From: Nitrospirota bacterium
GTDB lineage: Bacteria; Nitrospirota; UBA9217
Direction: 5' to 3'
Assembly (NCBI GenBank): GCA_963845065.1
Contig: CAWJQQ010000001.1
Location: 384,001-448,000 of the forward strand
DNA: 64,000 nt
The first letter of the stretch is position 1, and each line of letters begins with the position of its first letter. Below the pieces are notes generated by a model. It searched no databases. It was given only the letters and a program-made list of their open reading frames with translations, and had not been told where the DNA came from. Positions 28,140 to 39,826 of the stretch are shown piece by piece. A program made the translations under genes and the position numbers.

Positions 28140-28646
28140 ATGGAAGGCAAACGCGTAACGAACAGCAGCGTCATCATGGCGCAGATGATGATCCCCCAGG
28201 ACGCTAACCCCGCAGGGAACGTCCATGGCGGTGTGGTCGTGAAGATCATCGACGAGGCGGCTGGAGTGGTCGCCGCGCGCCATTCCCGTATGAACGTTGT
28301 CACTGCGTCCATCGACCGCATGGACTTTCATAACCCCATTTTCGTCGGCGACCTCCTTTTCTTCAAGGCAAGCCTGAACTCTGTCGGCAGGACTTCCATG
28401 GAGATCGGTGTGCGCGTGGAGGCCGAGAACCTGAAGACCGGCGAGGTGCGCCACGCAGCCTCGGCTTATCTCACCTTTGTTGCAATCGACCAACAGAGTA
28501 AACCCGTGCCCGTACCGCCGCTTGTCCTCGAGACCGAGGAGGAAAGACGAAGGAACAACGACGCGCGCTCCCGCAGGGCAATGCGGCTGGCCGAGCGGAA
28601 CCGGCAGGCGCAGTGCAAGCAAGACTCGGACGCCTGTTCGCAGTGA
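28140..28646 (+). CDS. Acyl-CoA thioesterase (hotdog, YciA-like)
   Basis: PQDANPAGNVHGG..IDE, VTASID, VGRTSMEIGV. Confidence 0.93.
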   Translation: MEGKRVTNSSVIMAQMMIPQDANPAGNVHGGVVVKIIDEAAGVVAARHSRMNVVTASIDRMDFHNPIFVGDLLFFKASLNSVGRTSMEIGVRVEAENLKTGEVRHAASAYLTFVAIDQQSKPVPVPPLVLETEEERRRNNDARSRRAMRLAERNRQAQCKQDSDACSQ

Positions 28647-28698
28647 GGTCATGATGACTGTGTCAGACTTGAATCTAGAGCTAGTAGTATTGTGTATG

Positions 28699-30095
28699 TG
28701 ATAACCGCCAGGACATCGTGCACAAGAAAAACCGTCACGACATCGTGCAATCGCAACTCTGAAACTATTCGATCTTGCGATGCCGTGACTTGTGTCAACG
28801 GTCATCGCAGTTGATAATTGTATTCCTCGACCTGGACTGTATCCCGGAAAAGTTTCAACTTTTGTTCTTTGACATCGACAGTAGCCACAACGTATTCGTA
28901 TTGGGTCTCCGGTGGGGCTGGGAACCTTTCTCCAAAGATATCTAATCGGCACTCGCTTCGAATGAACCGCACGAGATGATAGTAACCTTCCTCCGGCTTG
29001 TCCAAGGGGTGCTTTGGAGCGTTACTCTTGCTCGGGAAGACCAATTTCTTCTCCATAGCGGCAAATGCCTTGAGCGGCGTTTTCCCTTTGAGTTTGCTGT
29101 AGCGATAGGTACTGTTGTGCCGATGCTCGAAGGCCAGAGACTCCTGCCGAAGCTGCGGCATTGACGACATCATGATCTTGTCGAGAAACTTCTGCTGGTA
29201 ATGGTCGTTGAACTTCTCGACGACACCGTTCCACCACGGTTCAGAAGGTGGAATAAACCAGAGCTGGACGCCGTAATCCAGGCAGAGACGAATAAGCGGC
29301 CCCATCCCTCGCGGATAGGCAGGACAACCGAAGAAAGCTATTTCGTTGTCCACTTGAAGATTCTCAGGAAGCCCCATACGCAGCCAGATGGCATAAACAG
29401 AGTCCAGAATGCTTTGCGCCGCTTTGGAGAGCATCGGCTCTATTCCGCACCGGTTGATTGCGACGTCAATGGCATTCAGGCCGTAGAACCGGATCGGACC
29501 CTTAAGATAGCAGGGGCCGACCAAATCGAGCTGATGAGTTTGGTTGGGAAAATACGCCGGCAAAGTAGGATATTTTTTTCCCTTCGGCGTATATCTTCCG
29601 GTTCGCCGGTGGGTCAATTCACGGCGGCATAAAATGCGCTCAATGGTGCGAGTGGAGGGCAGCGGCTGAACGTTCATATCCTCCATCTCCCATCTGATGG
29701 CCTGGCCGCCACAGAAGAGGTCCTTATTGTACAAGCTCGATCGCACCAACTCAACGATCTGTTCAATCTCCGCAGGTGTTCGGTGGGGGCTGATGAGAGG
29801 CCGACGTGATAGCTCTTCATACCAGGTCGAATCGTCTGGAATGTGCCGTGTCAACCACTTGTACAGCCAGCGACGCGATCTACCCAGAGAAGCGCAGATG
29901 CTCTCCACGTCTTCTCCGGCGATATATCGTTGCACTGCAGATGCTCGTTCCTGCTGAATCTTTTTTTTCATGAACACCCCCTATAAATTTAGTGGTGTTC
30001 ATGATAGCGCTAAACGTGGCTACTCGATTGTCAAAGAGCGTTTGTGCACGATGTCGTGGCGGATAAATCAGTGCACGATGTATTGTCGGTTATCA
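28699..30095 (-). mobile_element. IS481-like element, intact
   Basis: 25-bp IRs TGATAACCG..ACATCGTGCAC with doubled ACATCGTGCA sites; 6-bp TSD TGTATG. Confidence 0.9.
28802..29977 (-). CDS. DDE (rve) transposase
   Basis: HTH; QLDLVG, QVDNE, NGVVEKFN. Confidence 0.92.
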   Translation of the reverse strand: MFMKKKIQQERASAVQRYIAGEDVESICASLGRSRRWLYKWLTRHIPDDSTWYEELSRRPLISPHRTPAEIEQIVELVRSSLYNKDLFCGGQAIRWEMEDMNVQPLPSTRTIERILCRRELTHRRTGRYTPKGKKYPTLPAYFPNQTHQLDLVGPCYLKGPIRFYGLNAIDVAINRCGIEPMLSKAAQSILDSVYAIWLRMGLPENLQVDNEIAFFGCPAYPRGMGPLIRLCLDYGVQLWFIPPSEPWWNGVVEKFNDHYQQKFLDKIMMSSMPQLRQESLAFEHRHNSTYRYSKLKGKTPLKAFAAMEKKLVFPSKSNAPKHPLDKPEEGYYHLVRFIRSECRLDIFGERFPAPPETQYEYVVATVDVKEQKLKLFRDTVQVEEYNYQLR

Positions 30096-30266
30096 TGTAT
30101 GCATATTTCATTAATATTCGCTAGAGATTCAATCAATTGAAATTCGTTTGATTGCAGGTTTTTTTTCGGAGTACTATGACCATCAGTGAAGTATAGAATT
30201 CCGTCTGAAGCTTTCAGCCAAGAATTCTTCCTGAAACTGGTGGAGTAAGTCATGTTTTTTTCATTC

Positions 30267-30443
30267 TGGACTACAACGCACAAGGGCGATATTCCCGGTT
30301 TTCCGACTTGAGGCAAACAGATCAAGATGTCAGGGGCCACCGTCTACTATTTCGACGGAGACCGCCTCACCGGGCACTGGCAAATCACAGATCGCCTTGG
30401 TGTATATCAGCAGTTACGCCAATACTCTGATGTCGGGAAATAA
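30267..30443 (+). pseudogene. SnoaL-like ester cyclase C-terminal fragment
   Basis: WTTTHKGDIPGFPT*GKQIKMSGATVYYFDGDRLTGHWQITDRLGVYQQL. Confidence 0.7.
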
Positions 30444-30509
30444 GATTATGCCAACTCATCGCTATTACTAAGTTTCGTAAAATACACCCTATCATTGGCA
30501 TCTCTTTAG

Positions 30510-31876
30510 CAGGTTGTTGAAAAAGCGCTCTAAAAGCAAAAAGTAGTTGCATTATTCGTATAAATATATTATAACAATCGCGTAGTCATCCTTTTATTGC
30601 AAGGGAGAGATGCATGCGCGGAGATGATACCAAAACAGAAGCGATGTTCTACTATATATCACCAGAATCGATGGTCCCCCAAGATCATCCGTTGCGACCC
30701 ATCCGAAAGATGGTGGATCAGGCGCTTGCGGAGCTTTCTCCCGAGTTCGACAAGATGTATTCCCGCATCGGCCGCCCGTCCGTACCTCCGGAGAAACTCT
30801 TGAAAGGGCTGCTTCTCCAAACGCTTTTCTCCATTCGGAGTGTCCGTCAACTCATGGATCAAGTCGGGTATAACGTCCTTTATAAGTGGTTCCTTGGCCT
30901 CGCCATGGACGACAAGGTTTGGGACCACTCGACCTTTTCCCAGAATCAGGACCGCCTTATCGACACTGATATCGCCCGGAAGTTCATCGAACGCATTCAG
31001 GCACAGGCCGAGAAAGCAGACCTTATATCAAAAGAACACTTCTCCGTGGACGGCACTCTGATTGAAGCCTGGGCATCCATCAAGAACTTTCGTCAGAAGT
31101 CTGAACCTACTCCGCCGCCAAAGGAAACCCGAAATGACGACGTGGACTTCAGGGGTACCAAGCTTAAAAACGAAACCCATGAGTCCAAGACCGACCCTGA
31201 TTGCCGTATCTATAAGAAGAGTTCCGGTAGTGCCGCCAAACTGTGCTATATGGGCCATCTCCTCATGGAGAACCGGAATGGCTTGATCGTTGTGCCTACC
31301 GTAACTCATGCCACCGGAACTGCCGAGCGCGAAGCGGCAGAGGCGATGGTGACTGAGGTTGCCGGAAGCCGCCGAATCACTCTGGGCGGAGACAAGAACT
31401 ACGATACTCAGGATTTCGTGTTCACGCTGCGCAACCTGAAAGTCACACCCCATGTTGCCGCCAATACCGAACGAAAAGGCGGCTCCGCAATCGACAGCAG
31501 AACAACCCGTCACACTGGTTATGCCGTAAGCCGGCAGTTTCGGAAGCGCATTGAAGAGGCCTTCGGTTGGATGAAGACCGTCGGCAATATCCGAAAGATC
31601 AAGTACCGAGGAGTACCCAAGGTTTCCTGGCACTTCATCTTCACCGCTGCAGCTTACAATCTGGTCAGGATGAGAAATTTGGGCGTAGCGGCTACATAGC
31701 ACAGTAGCGATGCGCCTTTTCACGCCTCCGAACGAGAAACGGGGCGAATAAAGCTACACGAGAATAACAAAGATCAAAAATAACCGATCAGTAGTACGAA
31801 TAGTTTATCTCCGGCCCGTTCACATGATGAATGGGCGGATAATTTTCACCAAACTGAAGCCTTTTTCAACGGCCTG
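30510..31876 (+). mobile_element. IS5 family element, intact
   Basis: 16-bp IR CAGGTTGTTGAAAAAG / CTTTTTCAACGGCCTG; TTAG duplication. Confidence 0.92.
30614..31699 (+). CDS. IS5 family transposase
   Basis: VPQDHPLR, WDHSTFS, SVDGTLIEAWAS, GDKNYD, RKRIEEAFGW. Confidence 0.95.
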   Translation: MRGDDTKTEAMFYYISPESMVPQDHPLRPIRKMVDQALAELSPEFDKMYSRIGRPSVPPEKLLKGLLLQTLFSIRSVRQLMDQVGYNVLYKWFLGLAMDDKVWDHSTFSQNQDRLIDTDIARKFIERIQAQAEKADLISKEHFSVDGTLIEAWASIKNFRQKSEPTPPPKETRNDDVDFRGTKLKNETHESKTDPDCRIYKKSSGSAAKLCYMGHLLMENRNGLIVVPTVTHATGTAEREAAEAMVTEVAGSRRITLGGDKNYDTQDFVFTLRNLKVTPHVAANTERKGGSAIDSRTTRHTGYAVSRQFRKRIEEAFGWMKTVGNIRKIKYRGVPKVSWHFIFTAAAYNLVRMRNLGVAAT

Positions 31877-31933
31877 TTAGATCAAGCATATATTTGTCGA
31901 AATTAGACTGTTGAGAATTATCAGAAGAAACAT

Positions 31934-32740
31934 ATGGGAAAAATCTATGCAAACCGTTTCAAACTTATAATCTTCATTCTTACTCTTTCTAGCTGCAATC
32001 TTCAGAGGAATATGCTTTATTATCCGACTACATATTTGCCTTCACAAGCAACTCTCACCGCCAATAATATGCAATTCTGGCCTTCAGGATTAGAAGACTA
32101 TAGAGGTTTTACCAGTACTCAACATGCGAAGAAGGTAACAGGAACGATCATAATTTTCCATGGAAATGCCGGCACGGCTGGGGACCGAGTATATTATATG
32201 AAAGTGTTACCCCATCTCGGATACAGAGTGATACTCGCGGAATATCCCGGCTATGGAGGGAGAAAGGGAGAACTGGGGGAAAATTCATTTGTGCATGATG
32301 CGAAAGAGACCGTGCGCTTAGTTTCAAATAAATACGGAGCCCCGATATTTCTTTTGGGAGAATCATTGGGATGCGGCGTTGCAGCAGCAGCCGCGAAGGA
32401 TTCGCCTGTTAAAATCGATGCAATAATACTTATCACACCCTGGGATACGCTGCTGTCCTTAGCCAAGGAAAAATTTCCCTGGCTTCCAGTTCGCTTATTT
32501 TTACGCGATAAATATGACACAATTGGGTATCTAAAAGAGTATCCAGGGAGAATTGCAGTCATTGGAGCGGAGCGTGATGAGGTGATCCCTTTACATCACG
32601 CACAGACACTATTTAAATCACTGTCAGGAACCCATAATATGTATATAATCAAAGGGGCAGGTCATAACGATTGGCCTGCGATCGTGGACCAGGCCTGGTG
32701 GAAAGAAATCACGGATTTCATTCAAGGGAATAATATTTGA
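31934..32740 (+). CDS. Exported alpha/beta hydrolase
   Basis: FHGNAG, YPGYG, GESLG, DEVIP, GHND; possible lipobox LSSC. Confidence 0.9.
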   Translation: MGKIYANRFKLIIFILTLSSCNLQRNMLYYPTTYLPSQATLTANNMQFWPSGLEDYRGFTSTQHAKKVTGTIIIFHGNAGTAGDRVYYMKVLPHLGYRVILAEYPGYGGRKGELGENSFVHDAKETVRLVSNKYGAPIFLLGESLGCGVAAAAAKDSPVKIDAIILITPWDTLLSLAKEKFPWLPVRLFLRDKYDTIGYLKEYPGRIAVIGAERDEVIPLHHAQTLFKSLSGTHNMYIIKGAGHNDWPAIVDQAWWKEITDFIQGNNI

Positions 32741-33100
32741 GTATAGCGGAAGATTGCATGCTTAGCATACAAACGCAACTGACCAAAAAGGAATATGTAA
32801 AGATGTTTGGCTGTATTGTGTAGCCCAACTTGCATGATATTTAAAAGTCCGGACGGGCCTTTAGAGTCAGGATCGGTTAGCAGTGAAGAATTACGATTGA
32901 ATCATGCAATGCAAACAACATCCTATGCTCCTTTTGTCAAGTTTCGTTTTTATTAAATTGTAAGTTATCCATTTCTTTTCTTTCGAGTTTGAGGACGTTT
33001 CTTTATTAGAGCAGACCTCCCTTTTACATCCTATTCGGATGTTCCCGTTTTTTCGACGAGTCTCTCTTACACAAAGCGAACTTGACCTCTAAGTGTTATT

Positions 33101-34131
33101 TGACAACGTACAGGACATCGTGGACAAAAATATTAGTCACGACATCGTGGACTCGCAACTTTGAAACTATTCTACTCAACGATGCCGTAGCGAGAATACA
33201 CGGTCATCGCAGTTGATATTTGAATTCTTCTACCTGGATTGTATCCAGGAAGAGTTTTAACTTTTGATTTTTGACATCTGCAGTAGCCACAATGTATTCG
33301 TATTGGGTCTCCGGTGGGGTCGGGAACATTTCACCAAAGATGTTCAACCTGCAGTTGCTTCGGATGAATCTGACGATATGATAGCAGCCTTCCTCCGGCT
33401 TATCCAAAGGGTGCCTTGGGGCATCGCCTGGATCGGAAAGATCAGTTTCTTCTCCATAGCGGCCAATGCCTTGAGCGGGGTTTTCCCTTTAATCTTACTG
33501 TAGCGATAGGTACTGTTGTGCCGGTGCTCGAAGGCTAAGGATTCTTGCTGAAGCTGCGACATCGATGACATTACGACCTTATTGAGAAACTTCTGTTCGT
33601 AATGGTCGTTGAACTTTTCGACGACTCCGTTCCACCAGGGCTCGGAAGGTGGAATGAACCAAAGATTGACCCCGTGGTGTAGGCAGAGACGAATAAGCGG
33701 TCCCATTTCTCGTGGGTGGGTTGGACTTCCATAAAAGGCCATATCGTTGTCCACTTGAAGATTCTCAGGCAGGCCCATACGCATCCAAACTGCATAAACA
33801 GCGTCCAAAACGCTTTACGCTGCACGGGAGTGTATCGGCTTTATCCCGCACCGGTTGATTGCGGTATCGACGGCATGCAGGCTGAAGAACTTGATCGTGC
33901 CGGTAAGATAACAAGGGCGACCATATCAACCTGATGGGTCTGATTGGGCAAGAGCGCCGGAAGTTCTCGATACTTCTTGCCCTTCGGTGTATATCTTCCG
34001 GTCCGCCGATGAGTTAATTCGCGTTGCCATAAGATACAGCCAATGGTGGTGAGGGAGGGAAGGGTCGAACCTCCATGTCGTTCATCTCCCATTGGATGGC
34101 CTGATTGCCGCAAAAGAGTCCCTTGTTGAAG
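33101..34131 (-). pseudogene. Decayed IS481-like copy (3' two-thirds)
   Basis: Paralog of 28802-29977 split over several frames; end repeats ACATCGTGGAC. Confidence 0.88.
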
Positions 34132-34390
34132 TGTCTGTTCTTCTTTCTTGAGCCGTTTTTTGAACGAAAGAAGGTTCCTGATGTCACGGATGGCGGCTTC
34201 CGGGTAATCGTAGTACAAACATTTTCCCAGGGCAATAAGGTCGGCCACGTTCCCGGCATCCTTGGTATCATGTTTGTCCCACCGCCCGTTCATGAGCTGC
34301 CGGTTCTTTACGGTCGAAAAGGGAGATACCAGAACGACCATGAAACCGCACTTAATGAGGTGTTCCTCCAGGGGTACCTGGAATTCATGG
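34132..34390 (-). pseudogene. IS110 transposase internal fragment
   Basis: KNRQLMNGRWDKHDTKDAGNVADLI motif. Confidence 0.75.
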
Positions 34391-34524
34391 CTTATACCAA
34401 TAATATCTTGACTTACCATAATATTTGTGTAATAATAATTCTGGTATTTTATTAAGTCTATAGTATGATAAAAAATATGCAGACATTCCGTGTTTTCGTA
34501 AATTTGGGAAAAGTAACGGCGATT

Positions 34525-35877
34525 ATGATCAACCTCTTCGAATCGCTGCGATTCAAAATTTCAGTCTTTATCGTTGTTCTTCTCCTGATCACGGCTTCTA
34601 TTTTTTCCGTGATTACCCTCCAGGCCATGAAACGGAATATCATGGAAGAGGTCATCAAGAGGGCCGAATCGTTGTGCAAAAGCACAGCGGCATTGGCTCC
34701 TTATAGCATGCTTGCCAATGATGTGCTGGGCATAGATAATATTGTCTCGAAAGTTCGGGAAGCAAATTCTGATGTAGAGTATGTGGCTATCACTGACACC
34801 GGTATGAAAGTCCTTGCGCATACCGATATCGCCAAGCGGGACACCTTGTTTCACCTAGCATCAGCTAGCATGATAAGGGAGACCGTGGATAATACGAGGG
34901 TGTATGAATTAGACGCTCCAGCGGTCAATTTGTTCGAAGTACATACCCCAGTTATTTTTAACCACCGGCAGATCGGCAACGTCATCCTTGGGATCAACAC
35001 ATCAGTTTTGGTTCATGCCCAGGCCGAAACCCGACGAAGGATTATGATCGGACTCGGCATTACCCTGCTTCTCGGTATCGGATGCATCATCGTACTGACT
35101 TCTCTTCTAACGCGGCCCATTAAGGAACTATCCCTAGGCGTCAACGAACTGAAACGAGGGAGGAAGTCGAAGCTAAGAATATATGCTCATGATGAGCTCG
35201 GCAGTTTGACGGAAAGTTTCAACCACATGGCCGAGATGATCACCAGACAGCAGACCGAACTCAGCATATCTGCCCAAGAGCTAGAGGATGCCTATGTTTC
35301 AACGGTGAAGGTGCTCGCCGCAGCGATCGATGCCCGTGATCCCTATACCCTCGGTCATTCGACAAGGGTTTCGCAATTGTCGGTAAAGATCGGGGAGGCA
35401 CTCGGTCTTTCGCGTCGCGAGCTTGAAGATCTTGAGGTTGCAAGTCTTTTTCACGATGTTGGAAAACTGAAGACTCCAGACTATGTTCTGCTAAAAGAAG
35501 GATCGCTTAACCCGCTGGAGCATCGCGAGATGTCGGAGCACAGCGAACACGGCGCGGCTATTCTGAGCCGGGCGAAATCCCTTCAGAAATACATACCCGC
35601 AGTCAAACACCACCACGAATGGTTCAACGGGGAGGGGTACCCCGACGGACTGCGGGCAGAAGACATTCCTCTTCATGCAGCAATCATCACTGTGGCCGAC
35701 GCCTATGATGCCATGACTTCCTCGCGGCCCTATAAAATCCCGCGCTCACCTGAAGAAGCCCTTCGCGAGCTGAGCCTGTATGCTGGTAAACAGTTTGATC
35801 CCCGCATTGTCGAGGCTTTCTGCCGGGTAATAGATTCCAATGCCACGCTTAAAGAGCATGTTTCGAGTGGCAGGTAA
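34525..35877 (+). CDS. Membrane HAMP + HD-GYP cyclic dinucleotide phosphodiesterase
   Basis: Two TMs, HAMP, DPYTLGHS, HDVGK, HHEWFNGEGYPDGL, DAYDAM. Confidence 0.92.
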   Translation: MINLFESLRFKISVFIVVLLLITASIFSVITLQAMKRNIMEEVIKRAESLCKSTAALAPYSMLANDVLGIDNIVSKVREANSDVEYVAITDTGMKVLAHTDIAKRDTLFHLASASMIRETVDNTRVYELDAPAVNLFEVHTPVIFNHRQIGNVILGINTSVLVHAQAETRRRIMIGLGITLLLGIGCIIVLTSLLTRPIKELSLGVNELKRGRKSKLRIYAHDELGSLTESFNHMAEMITRQQTELSISAQELEDAYVSTVKVLAAAIDARDPYTLGHSTRVSQLSVKIGEALGLSRRELEDLEVASLFHDVGKLKTPDYVLLKEGSLNPLEHREMSEHSEHGAAILSRAKSLQKYIPAVKHHHEWFNGEGYPDGLRAEDIPLHAAIITVADAYDAMTSSRPYKIPRSPEEALRELSLYAGKQFDPRIVEAFCRVIDSNATLKEHVSSGR

Positions 35878-36412
35878 TCCATGAACCCTTTCATATTGTT
35901 GTACGTTAAGTTCTGTTTTTTCGCTCTTACAGTGGCGGAGTGCTCGTTGCATTCCAAGGGCCGGGAACGGAACCGGAAACGGCATAAACATATACAAGAA
36001 AACATACTCCAAAAAGAGCAATTGACTGTAAATTGCATATTGAGCTATAATAAATAAGATATAAGATGAGATCCTGCCCCGTTTTGCACATCGGCGTTCA
36101 TGTTCATCTGAATAAGTTTTTATTCAGTATGTTCAAAATAGTATCTGCGAAGAGTACCATGTTCCCCATTATCAGGCGTCTAAGATTAATCAATGAAATA
36201 GATCGCGGTAAGCCTGTGGGACATTCTTTCTAGAATTTATAAAAACAGTCCATCTTAATTATTCGGGAGAGGCGAGGAAAGAGATGCGCTGCCTGTCGAG
36301 AGCGCACAGTTCTCCAGGACGCTTCATATGGCTCAATCACAAGTGTCCTTCGCGATTCCTGCTTGCCAGTTTCCATATTCGCCCGACTGCTTTGGGACGA
36401 GGAGGATATTAC

Positions 36413-37282
36413 ATGTCTGCTGATATTTACTCGGTCATTGAGAAAAAGGGCTTCCAGGACGGCATTGTTTTCATCGTCACGAAAGACAACTGCTCAATTG
36501 AAGTCCACATTTACTGCGGCGTGATCATTCGGGCAAAATCCCCACGGCTTTCTTTCGATCAGATTTGCGAAGCTCTCTCGCATGGAGATTTGAAAGAGAT
36601 ATCGTTTCAAGAATCTGCCGAAAGTCCCGATGCCGCCCAGGCCCCTCTGCTGGAGTATACTTTCCCTGCAGCCGCGGCATCAACGATCAATCCCGCGGGA
36701 ACTTCACATGCAACGCTGATTAAAATTGTTCGGCTCATGTCCAGCCTCGTCAAATCGGACAAAGACCAGGGGACCAGAGCATTCGACGTGATGCGCCGGG
36801 AAATCACAAAGCTGCATCCGGGCTTTTTGATTGATGTCGCTACTATCAAAAAAAGGATGAGCGAGCTTGATGAAAAATTTGGCCTGGAGTCCAAGACCTT
36901 TGAGTACAAGGCCGTCCCGGACAATCTGCAGGAAATACCAGGGTGGGTATTTAGATATCTAGACTCCATCAGAGACAGCCGGATAAAAGACAGCGTATTA
37001 TATTTTCTTTTTTTTGGTCAGATGTCCGACAGGATGATCAGAACTAAGATAGATCAGGCAACGAGTCTCGGTGCAAAACAGGGCCATGCAATTTTGTCTA
37101 AAACGGTCTATCCCGTTTTGAAGGACAGCGGATCGGCAAGTCTGTTTAGCGGCGCGGACAAAATCGGCGACATGAAGATCGACTGGAATATAGAAAAGAA
37201 AAGCACGATAGCAATAACGAAGACCGACCTCGACCATTTGGGCCTGAAAAACGGCGATTCAATAAATCTATTTTTTAGTTAA
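36413..37282 (+). CDS. Hypothetical protein (possible PATAN/DUF4388-like N-terminus)
   Basis: GGAGG RBS; 289-aa ORF; weak pattern resemblance only. Confidence 0.7.
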   Translation: MSADIYSVIEKKGFQDGIVFIVTKDNCSIEVHIYCGVIIRAKSPRLSFDQICEALSHGDLKEISFQESAESPDAAQAPLLEYTFPAAAASTINPAGTSHATLIKIVRLMSSLVKSDKDQGTRAFDVMRREITKLHPGFLIDVATIKKRMSELDEKFGLESKTFEYKAVPDNLQEIPGWVFRYLDSIRDSRIKDSVLYFLFFGQMSDRMIRTKIDQATSLGAKQGHAILSKTVYPVLKDSGSASLFSGADKIGDMKIDWNIEKKSTIAITKTDLDHLGLKNGDSINLFFS

Positions 37283-37293
37283 AAGGAGGATCT

Positions 37294-37524
37294 ATGGATT
37301 ACATATCGCTGGTCAATTTGATATTTAGCATCACGATCGTCATACTCGGTATAAAGAAGTATTCCCAGACTAATGTCAAGGCATTCATCTTTATAGCCGC
37401 CGGCTTCTTCATGTATGCGATATCGCATTTTTCGCTGCTCATGGGCTGGGGCGGCCTTAAGACGGCCCTTATCGCTGTCAGGAGCGTAGGATACATTCTG
37501 GTTATCGCTGGATTGCTTGTGTAA
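37294..37524 (+). CDS. Small 3-TM membrane protein
   Basis: AGGAGG RBS; three hydrophobic segments. Confidence 0.75.
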   Translation: MDYISLVNLIFSITIVILGIKKYSQTNVKAFIFIAAGFFMYAISHFSLLMGWGGLKTALIAVRSVGYILVIAGLLV

Positions 37525-37882
37525 GATGCTGATAACTGTATAATCGGGTGGTATGCTCTTGGGGACCAAACCGGTCCAGGCGAGAGGGTTGCGGAGCATT
37601 GTAAAAACAGCCCTTGAGTAGTACGAGACAAAAAATACCTTGACGGGATCATGAACTCCGAATGAACGGTGACGAGTTACTTCATCGTTGCGCCTGTCTT
37701 CTTTGAACGCGATCATCATCGGTTTCATTATTGAGCATAAAGATCAGATATTCCTTCTTTCTGGAGCGGATGCGTTTGTATCTGAGGGTGATTTGAGCAC
37801 CAAGCTTACTCAATTAATAAGATACAGAAGGCACAAAGATGCTAACTGATAACCATGGGCAGACCACGATTTGAGTTACGCC

Positions 37883-38170
37883 TCAGGCTTTTTGTGACCC
37901 CTTTGGCACATAGTCAAAGAAACGTTCCGTAGTACCGCCCGACGTCCATTCGGCGCGCAGACGGGACTTCCGCTCGACTCGACGCATGGCAGGGAGCAAA
38001 GTACGATTCAACTCGCGCACATCTTCCCCACGCATTGTCGCCTTTACAAGAGGTCCTTCATCTGTTGGTATGATTGAACCTTTGGAGATGAGCTCTTCCA
38101 AGGCAAGCTTGATGGCTTGAGGATTTTCTGTGCTCACCCGTGCTATGAGAGTGAATGTTCTTTTGGCCAT
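37883..38170 (-). CDS. Hypothetical protein
   Basis: AAGGAG RBS; 95-aa ORF. Confidence 0.65.
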   Translation of the reverse strand: MAKRTFTLIARVSTENPQAIKLALEELISKGSIIPTDEGPLVKATMRGEDVRELNRTLLPAMRRVERKSRLRAEWTSGGTTERFFDYVPKGSQKA

Positions 38171-38549
38171 ATAATACTCCTTACTCACTTTTGTTGTATC
38201 TCATAGAATAGCAAGAAGGCGATTCAAGTAAAGTGAGGACAAAGCAACAGTTTAGGATTGTTCGAATATCCATTAAGACAGACAGCTGAATATCTAGGTT
38301 AGCGATGCACTTGATATACTATGCATAGTATTCATGACGAATACATGCCTGATATATAATAAGATGTCAATGACAGCGACGCGACATGACAGCGACGGTA
38401 ATACCAAAATAGAAATGATAATCATATAAAGGGCATTGTCAAGTGAAAATAGTTATCTTGTGACGAGAAAAGGAACTTTTCTCGTCAAACCTTTTCGTAT
38501 CATTATCCTCACCATTGCCGCAATTTCATTTTATTCAATATCAATTCTT

Positions 38550-39826
38550 CACTGCATCAGACACCCAACAGGATTAAAGTCATTGCTACTGCAGGATCTC
38601 TCCAAGACCCTTTCTACCGTCGGCGGACCAGAAAATCTTCGGCTCTTTGCCGCGCCCAAGTGGTTTTCATTTCTTATGGTTATAAACCTGTCCTGTAATA
38701 GTTCACGGCACGGGCAGCAAAGATGCTGATAACGATATATACTACGGGTGGGGCGGATTACCAATCATTTCTCATAAGCTAGCTAGAGCGGCTTATTACA
38801 TCATGCGGGACGGGGTGTCGTTCGTGCCGGAGAAGAAGTGTTTTGGATGAAAGATGGCTGGGGCGGTGAACCAGCATAGGATGGTAAACCCATGAGCAAG
38901 GGCATTATGCGCCACCATCCTGTTTGTATTCTGCGCGTTGCTGTTATTATAGGCTCGTGCGTCCTTATCAAATCGACGCGCTAGTTCTGCTGCTTCCAAG
39001 AATGCCCAGGCAAGATACTTGTTTCCGCACTTCTTATTCCCTTTGCCCTTTTGCTTCTAGTTGCGGATCCACGAGGTCGAAACCTTTCGACAGTACGATA
39101 CAAAATTAGCAGCATTGGCAAGGCCAGTCTCCAGAATAATCGTCAGGCCCAGTATCTTGCCAATGACGGGTTTCGTCAGAAGCTTGTTGTATGTCTCCCG
39201 CAGATCTACCCGCTCTCCCACAACGGATTCTAGTGACTTGATCTGCAAGGTGAAAAAATCTATGCTCTCCTTGCTGGCCTTTTTCTACCAGCGCCAGATC
39301 CTCGTTGCCGGCAAAATAGGGTGTTACATGATCAATGGTTAAACCTTAACGTCGTTCGACTTCAGTTTGAAACCATTGTTACGGCTGATCATGTTCTGAA
39401 GACTTAAAATCAACGATGTCCGAAGTCGGACTAAATGGCTTCGCTTCCTGAGTAAATCTCGAATCGGACGATCTTCTTTCGGATAGATATATCCCCCAGG
39501 GAAAATACCAAGCCTCAGCTCTCGGCCAGCCAGAAGGCGTCGTACTGATCGTCTGCATACTTGGGTCCAGAGAATTTCTGGATCTTAGTGGTGTTTGCAA
39601 TATGTGCCTTGTAGCCCTCTTCCGTCAGGACATCGACTAGCCAATACCAATTATACATCGATTCTACGACGATGCCTGCCACATTGTCTTTGTATGGCGC
39701 CAGTGTGTGCAGGATAACTTCACGATCGTTCGATAGTTTCTTCTTAAATATTCGTTTGCCATCCTCATCGATAATGCCAAGATAGGTGTTGCTTAAATGC
39801 AGATCACAGCCAGCGTATAATTTCAT
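38550..39826 (-). pseudogene. Decayed IS110 element with an inverted 3' segment
   Basis: MKLYAGCDLH..VVESMYNWYW..DQYDAFWLA; multiple frameshifts; C-terminus found on the opposite strand. Confidence 0.85.
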
